Source: an uncultured bacterium (GTDB lineage: Bacteria; SAR324; NAC60-12). Taken from it: a stretch of 30,925 nucleotides of DNA. Numbering within the stretch: the first letter of the stretch is position 1; every line of letters starts with the position of its first letter. Both the position numbers and the translations under genes were made by a program. This document shows, piece after piece, positions 28,360-30,925 of this stretch. A model generated the notes under the pieces. The model had not been told where the DNA came from. It worked only from the letters and a program-made list of their open reading frames with translations, and did not search any database. The DNA is taken from positions 1 through 30,925 of the forward strand of contig CBFIGY010000034.1 of the NCBI GenBank assembly GCA_965662235.1, in the 5' to 3' direction.

Positions 28360-28431
28360 CTCAGGTATAACATTTATGAATAATACAATCATTAATTCAA
28401 ATTTGACATTATACCTTAGGGACTTGATGAT
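28360..28431 (+). promoter_or_regulatory. AT-rich inverted-repeat operator region and putative sigma70 promoter for the Opp/Dpp-type operon
   Basis: CTCAGGTATAA (28360-28370) and TTATACCTTAG (28409-28419) flank an AT-rich core. TTGACA-N17-GATGAT at 28403-28431. Confidence 0.55.
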
Positions 28432-28486
28432 CGGCCCGTGCAAAAAAGCGCGCTGTCGAGTTTGGAACATCCATCAGAGGAGACGC

Positions 28487-30103
28487 ATGAAACGAAGGGA
28501 CTTCTTGAAACGAGCCGGGATTGTTGCCGGCGCATCGGCCACCACGTGGCTGCCGAGCACCGGGTTCGCAGCAGGTAAGCCGGTCGAGCCCATGACCCTG
28601 TTGACATCGAACGCCAGCTTTGACCCCGTCCGCCCGGAGATGGGACGCTTGATCACTCAGGCCTGCAAGAAGATTGGGTGGGATGTCACCTTGGCGGCAG
28701 AGGACTACAACATGGGCATTGGGAAGGTCTTCAATGAGAAGGACTTCGACATGTTCATTGTCCGCTGGACCGGACGAGCGAACCGGATTGATCCGGAGAC
28801 CTTCACGGCGATGATGCACCACCGCGATGGGAACTACAACAAGTGGGGCTACAACAATGCCAAGGTCAACGAGCTCTGCGACGCTCAGCAGGTGGAGATG
28901 GACCCGCAGAAGCGTCGGAGCATTGTCCGGAACATCCAGGAGATGATCTATCAGGATGCGGCCAGCAGCCCGATCGTCTACCCGAGCATGACCAACGCGT
29001 ACCGTGAAGATCGCCTCAAGGGGCTGGTGCCTCAGGTGGGAGAGGGCATTGGGAGCCTCTGGACGGACCTAGCCGCCTCGACCACTGGGGGAGATGGCTA
29101 CATCCGGACGGGGCAGACGTCTCCGCTCAAGAACCTCAACCCGGTTTCGGTCACCGACTCCAACGAGTTCAAGGAGCTGCGGATGATCTACGACCGCCTG
29201 CTGCAGGTGGGACCCGACGGTGGCCTTGAGCCCTGGGCCGCGACGTCGATCAACGCTGTGGACGCCACCACCATTGACATCACCCTCCGGGACGGCATGA
29301 AGTTCCACGACGGGGTGCCGGTGACCGTGGAAGACGTCAAGTTCACCTTTGACTACCACAAGCAGTGGAAGGCGCCGTTCTTCATCTCCTCTCTGGAGAA
29401 GTTTGAGTCGGTGACAATCACCGGCAAGAACACCCTGCGCATCAAGCTGACGGCTCCGCATGCCCCGCTGATGATCAACTTCTTTGCCCAGATCTTCATC
29501 CTCCCGCAGCACATCTGGAAGGACATCCCGGAGAAGGTGAACGTGGACGACGTCCTGAAGTTTGCCAATGAGAATCCGGTGGGCAGCGGACCGTTTAAGT
29601 TCGATTACTGGGACCGTGGCAAGGAGCTGAAGGTCTCTGCGAACAAGGACCACTTCCGGGCGCCCAAGTGTGCCGGCATCATCCGGGTCACCTACGGCAG
29701 TCACGACGCCATGGCTGCGGCCATTGAGGCTGGCGAGTGCGACCGCACCCGCTACATCCTCAAGCCGGCGCTGGTTGAGGACCTGAACAAGATCAACGGC
29801 ATTGTCGGACGCGGTTACGCCAGTCACGGCTGGTACGGCTTCATGTTCAATCACCTCCGAGGCCCACTGAAGGATCCCATCTTCCGGGAGGCGCTGGACC
29901 ATGTGGTGCCGCGAGATGTCATTCAGATGGTCGTCATGTCCGGATTCGCGGAAAAGGGCGGCTCGGTGATTGCGCCCGCCAATGAGTTCTGGCACAACCC
30001 CGACCTCAAGGCCCGGGCGTCGAACATCAAGATGGCTCGCCAGGTTCTGGAACGTGGCGGGTACTCCTGGGACAGCAACGGTACCTTGCTCTACCCCGCT
30101 TGA
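28487..30103 (+). CDS. ABC transporter substrate-binding protein, family 5 (OppA/DppA-like), Tat-exported, apparently circularly permuted
   Basis: GAGGAG SD, KRRDFLK Tat signal, LRDGMKFHDGVPVTVEDVKFTF signature, PVGSGPFK, LKDPIFREAL. The normally C-terminal block sits at the N-terminus. Confidence 0.92.
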   Translation: MKRRDFLKRAGIVAGASATTWLPSTGFAAGKPVEPMTLLTSNASFDPVRPEMGRLITQACKKIGWDVTLAAEDYNMGIGKVFNEKDFDMFIVRWTGRANRIDPETFTAMMHHRDGNYNKWGYNNAKVNELCDAQQVEMDPQKRRSIVRNIQEMIYQDAASSPIVYPSMTNAYREDRLKGLVPQVGEGIGSLWTDLAASTTGGDGYIRTGQTSPLKNLNPVSVTDSNEFKELRMIYDRLLQVGPDGGLEPWAATSINAVDATTIDITLRDGMKFHDGVPVTVEDVKFTFDYHKQWKAPFFISSLEKFESVTITGKNTLRIKLTAPHAPLMINFFAQIFILPQHIWKDIPEKVNVDDVLKFANENPVGSGPFKFDYWDRGKELKVSANKDHFRAPKCAGIIRVTYGSHDAMAAAIEAGECDRTRYILKPALVEDLNKINGIVGRGYASHGWYGFMFNHLRGPLKDPIFREALDHVVPRDVIQMVVMSGFAEKGGSVIAPANEFWHNPDLKARASNIKMARQVLERGGYSWDSNGTLLYPA

Positions 30104-30108
30104 TCCCT

Positions 30109-30150
30109 AGCCCCCACCGGCTCCGTTCCCGCGACGGGGCCTGGGGGGCT
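30109..30150 (+). other. Intra-operon stem-loop after the SBP gene
   Basis: Long imperfect GC stem AGCCCCC..GGCTCCGT / ACGGGGCC..GGGGGCT between the SBP and permease genes. Confidence 0.55.
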
Positions 30151-30178
30151 GCTTCCGGTTTCCCACAGGTTCGGCTTC

Positions 30179-30925
30179 ATGCTTGATTACGTCCTCCGGC
30201 GCCTGCTGTACATGCTCATCACCCTCTTTGCGGTGGCGTCCATCCTGTTCCTGCTGTTCCGTCTGCTTCCAGGCGAGGCGACCATGCAGGTCATCAGTCC
30301 GGCCATGGATGAGGCGGTTCAGAAGCGCATGAAGGCGGCCTTTGGGCTTGATCTGCCCCTCTGGCAGCAGTACTTCGTTTACCTCAAGAACCTAGTCACC
30401 CTAGAGTGGGGACGGTCCTTTGTCTCTGCCCAAGAGGTGACCGCCATCATTGCCTACCGCTTCTGGAACACGCTGTTGCTCATGCTCACCGGCCTCTGCC
30501 TCACACTGGCTCTGGGGATTGGGTTGGGCATCTGGATGGCGTGGCGTCGCAATGGTCCGTTGGACGTCGGAGGCACCATTGTGAGCCTGATCTTTCAAGC
30601 GGCGCCTCCGTTCATCACGGGGCTGCTGCTGCTCATGGTCCTGAGCTACCGGCTGGGGATCTTTCCCACTGGGGGGATGTACCCGCCTGGGCAACGTCCG
30701 GACTCGCTGCTGGATCTGCTCTTCATGCCAGCGTTTTGGGAACGCATTGTTCTCCCCACGATCACAGTGGGAATGTACTACCTGGCCACCCCGATGCTGG
30801 TGATGCGAGACAGCATGCTGGAGGTGCTCGGGAGCGATTACATTGAGCTGGCCCGTGCTAAAGGCCTCCGGCCCAGCCGGGTGATGTTCCGGCATGCCGC
30901 CCGCAACGCGCTTCTGGGAGTCGTC
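30179..30925 (+). CDS. ABC permease, OppB/DppB family (3' partial; absent from the ORF track)
   Basis: Translates as MLDYVLRRLLYMLITLF...LLPG...FGLDLPLWQQY...WGRSF, with the EAA-loop motif DYIELARAKGL...RHAARNA. Runs off the window end. Confidence 0.94.
   Translation, partial: MLDYVLRRLLYMLITLFAVASILFLLFRLLPGEATMQVISPAMDEAVQKRMKAAFGLDLPLWQQYFVYLKNLVTLEWGRSFVSAQEVTAIIAYRFWNTLLLMLTGLCLTLALGIGLGIWMAWRRNGPLDVGGTIVSLIFQAAPPFITGLLLLMVLSYRLGIFPTGGMYPPGQRPDSLLDLLFMPAFWERIVLPTITVGMYYLATPMLVMRDSMLEVLGSDYIELARAKGLRPSRVMFRHAARNALLGVV

Noticed and set aside
28268..28486. 73-codon N-terminal extension of the family-5 SBP
   Set aside because: Crosses the AT-rich promoter region. The SD and Tat motif support ATG 28487.
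30401..30895. ORF-track entries 30401-30895 (-) and 30406-30846 (+)
   Set aside because: The real gene is the OppB-like permease starting at 30179 in another frame.
1..30925. CRISPR array, prophage, IS element, complete DGR or defence island
   Set aside because: I found no regularly spaced repeats, integrase, transposase, RT or phage genes by reading the sequence.

Overview
A gene-dense, GC-rich bacterial chromosomal window made up mostly of housekeeping genes. In order it carries: a 5'-truncated amidase-signature (FAAH-like) gene, msrA, a bactofilin, an orphan, a hisA-hisF-trpF operon, a minus-strand run clpP / FAD oxidoreductase / topA / MBL hydrolase / leuB, a divergent HupE/UreJ + DUF4198 pair, Hsp33, a NudK-like Nudix hydrolase, a secreted caspase(C14)-FGE/CLec fusion next to tRNA-Asn, a five-gene Liv-type ABC transporter, a double-length (tandem-fused) UvrA, and the start of an Opp/Dpp-type ABC operon. 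I see no integrase, transposase, reverse transcriptase, CRISPR array or recognisable defence system, and I cannot demonstrate a complete new system. The most unusual observations are: (1) the family-5 solute-binding protein appears circularly permuted; (2) the HupE/UreJ and DUF4198 genes are head-to-head with overlapping start codons in one TCATGA palindrome; (3) the double UvrA is asymmetric, its second half lacking the insertion domain and one Zn site; (4) the exported caspase-CLec protein has a C-terminus of the kind DGRs target, but no template repeat or RT is in the window. All family calls come from motif recognition by eye, not database searches.
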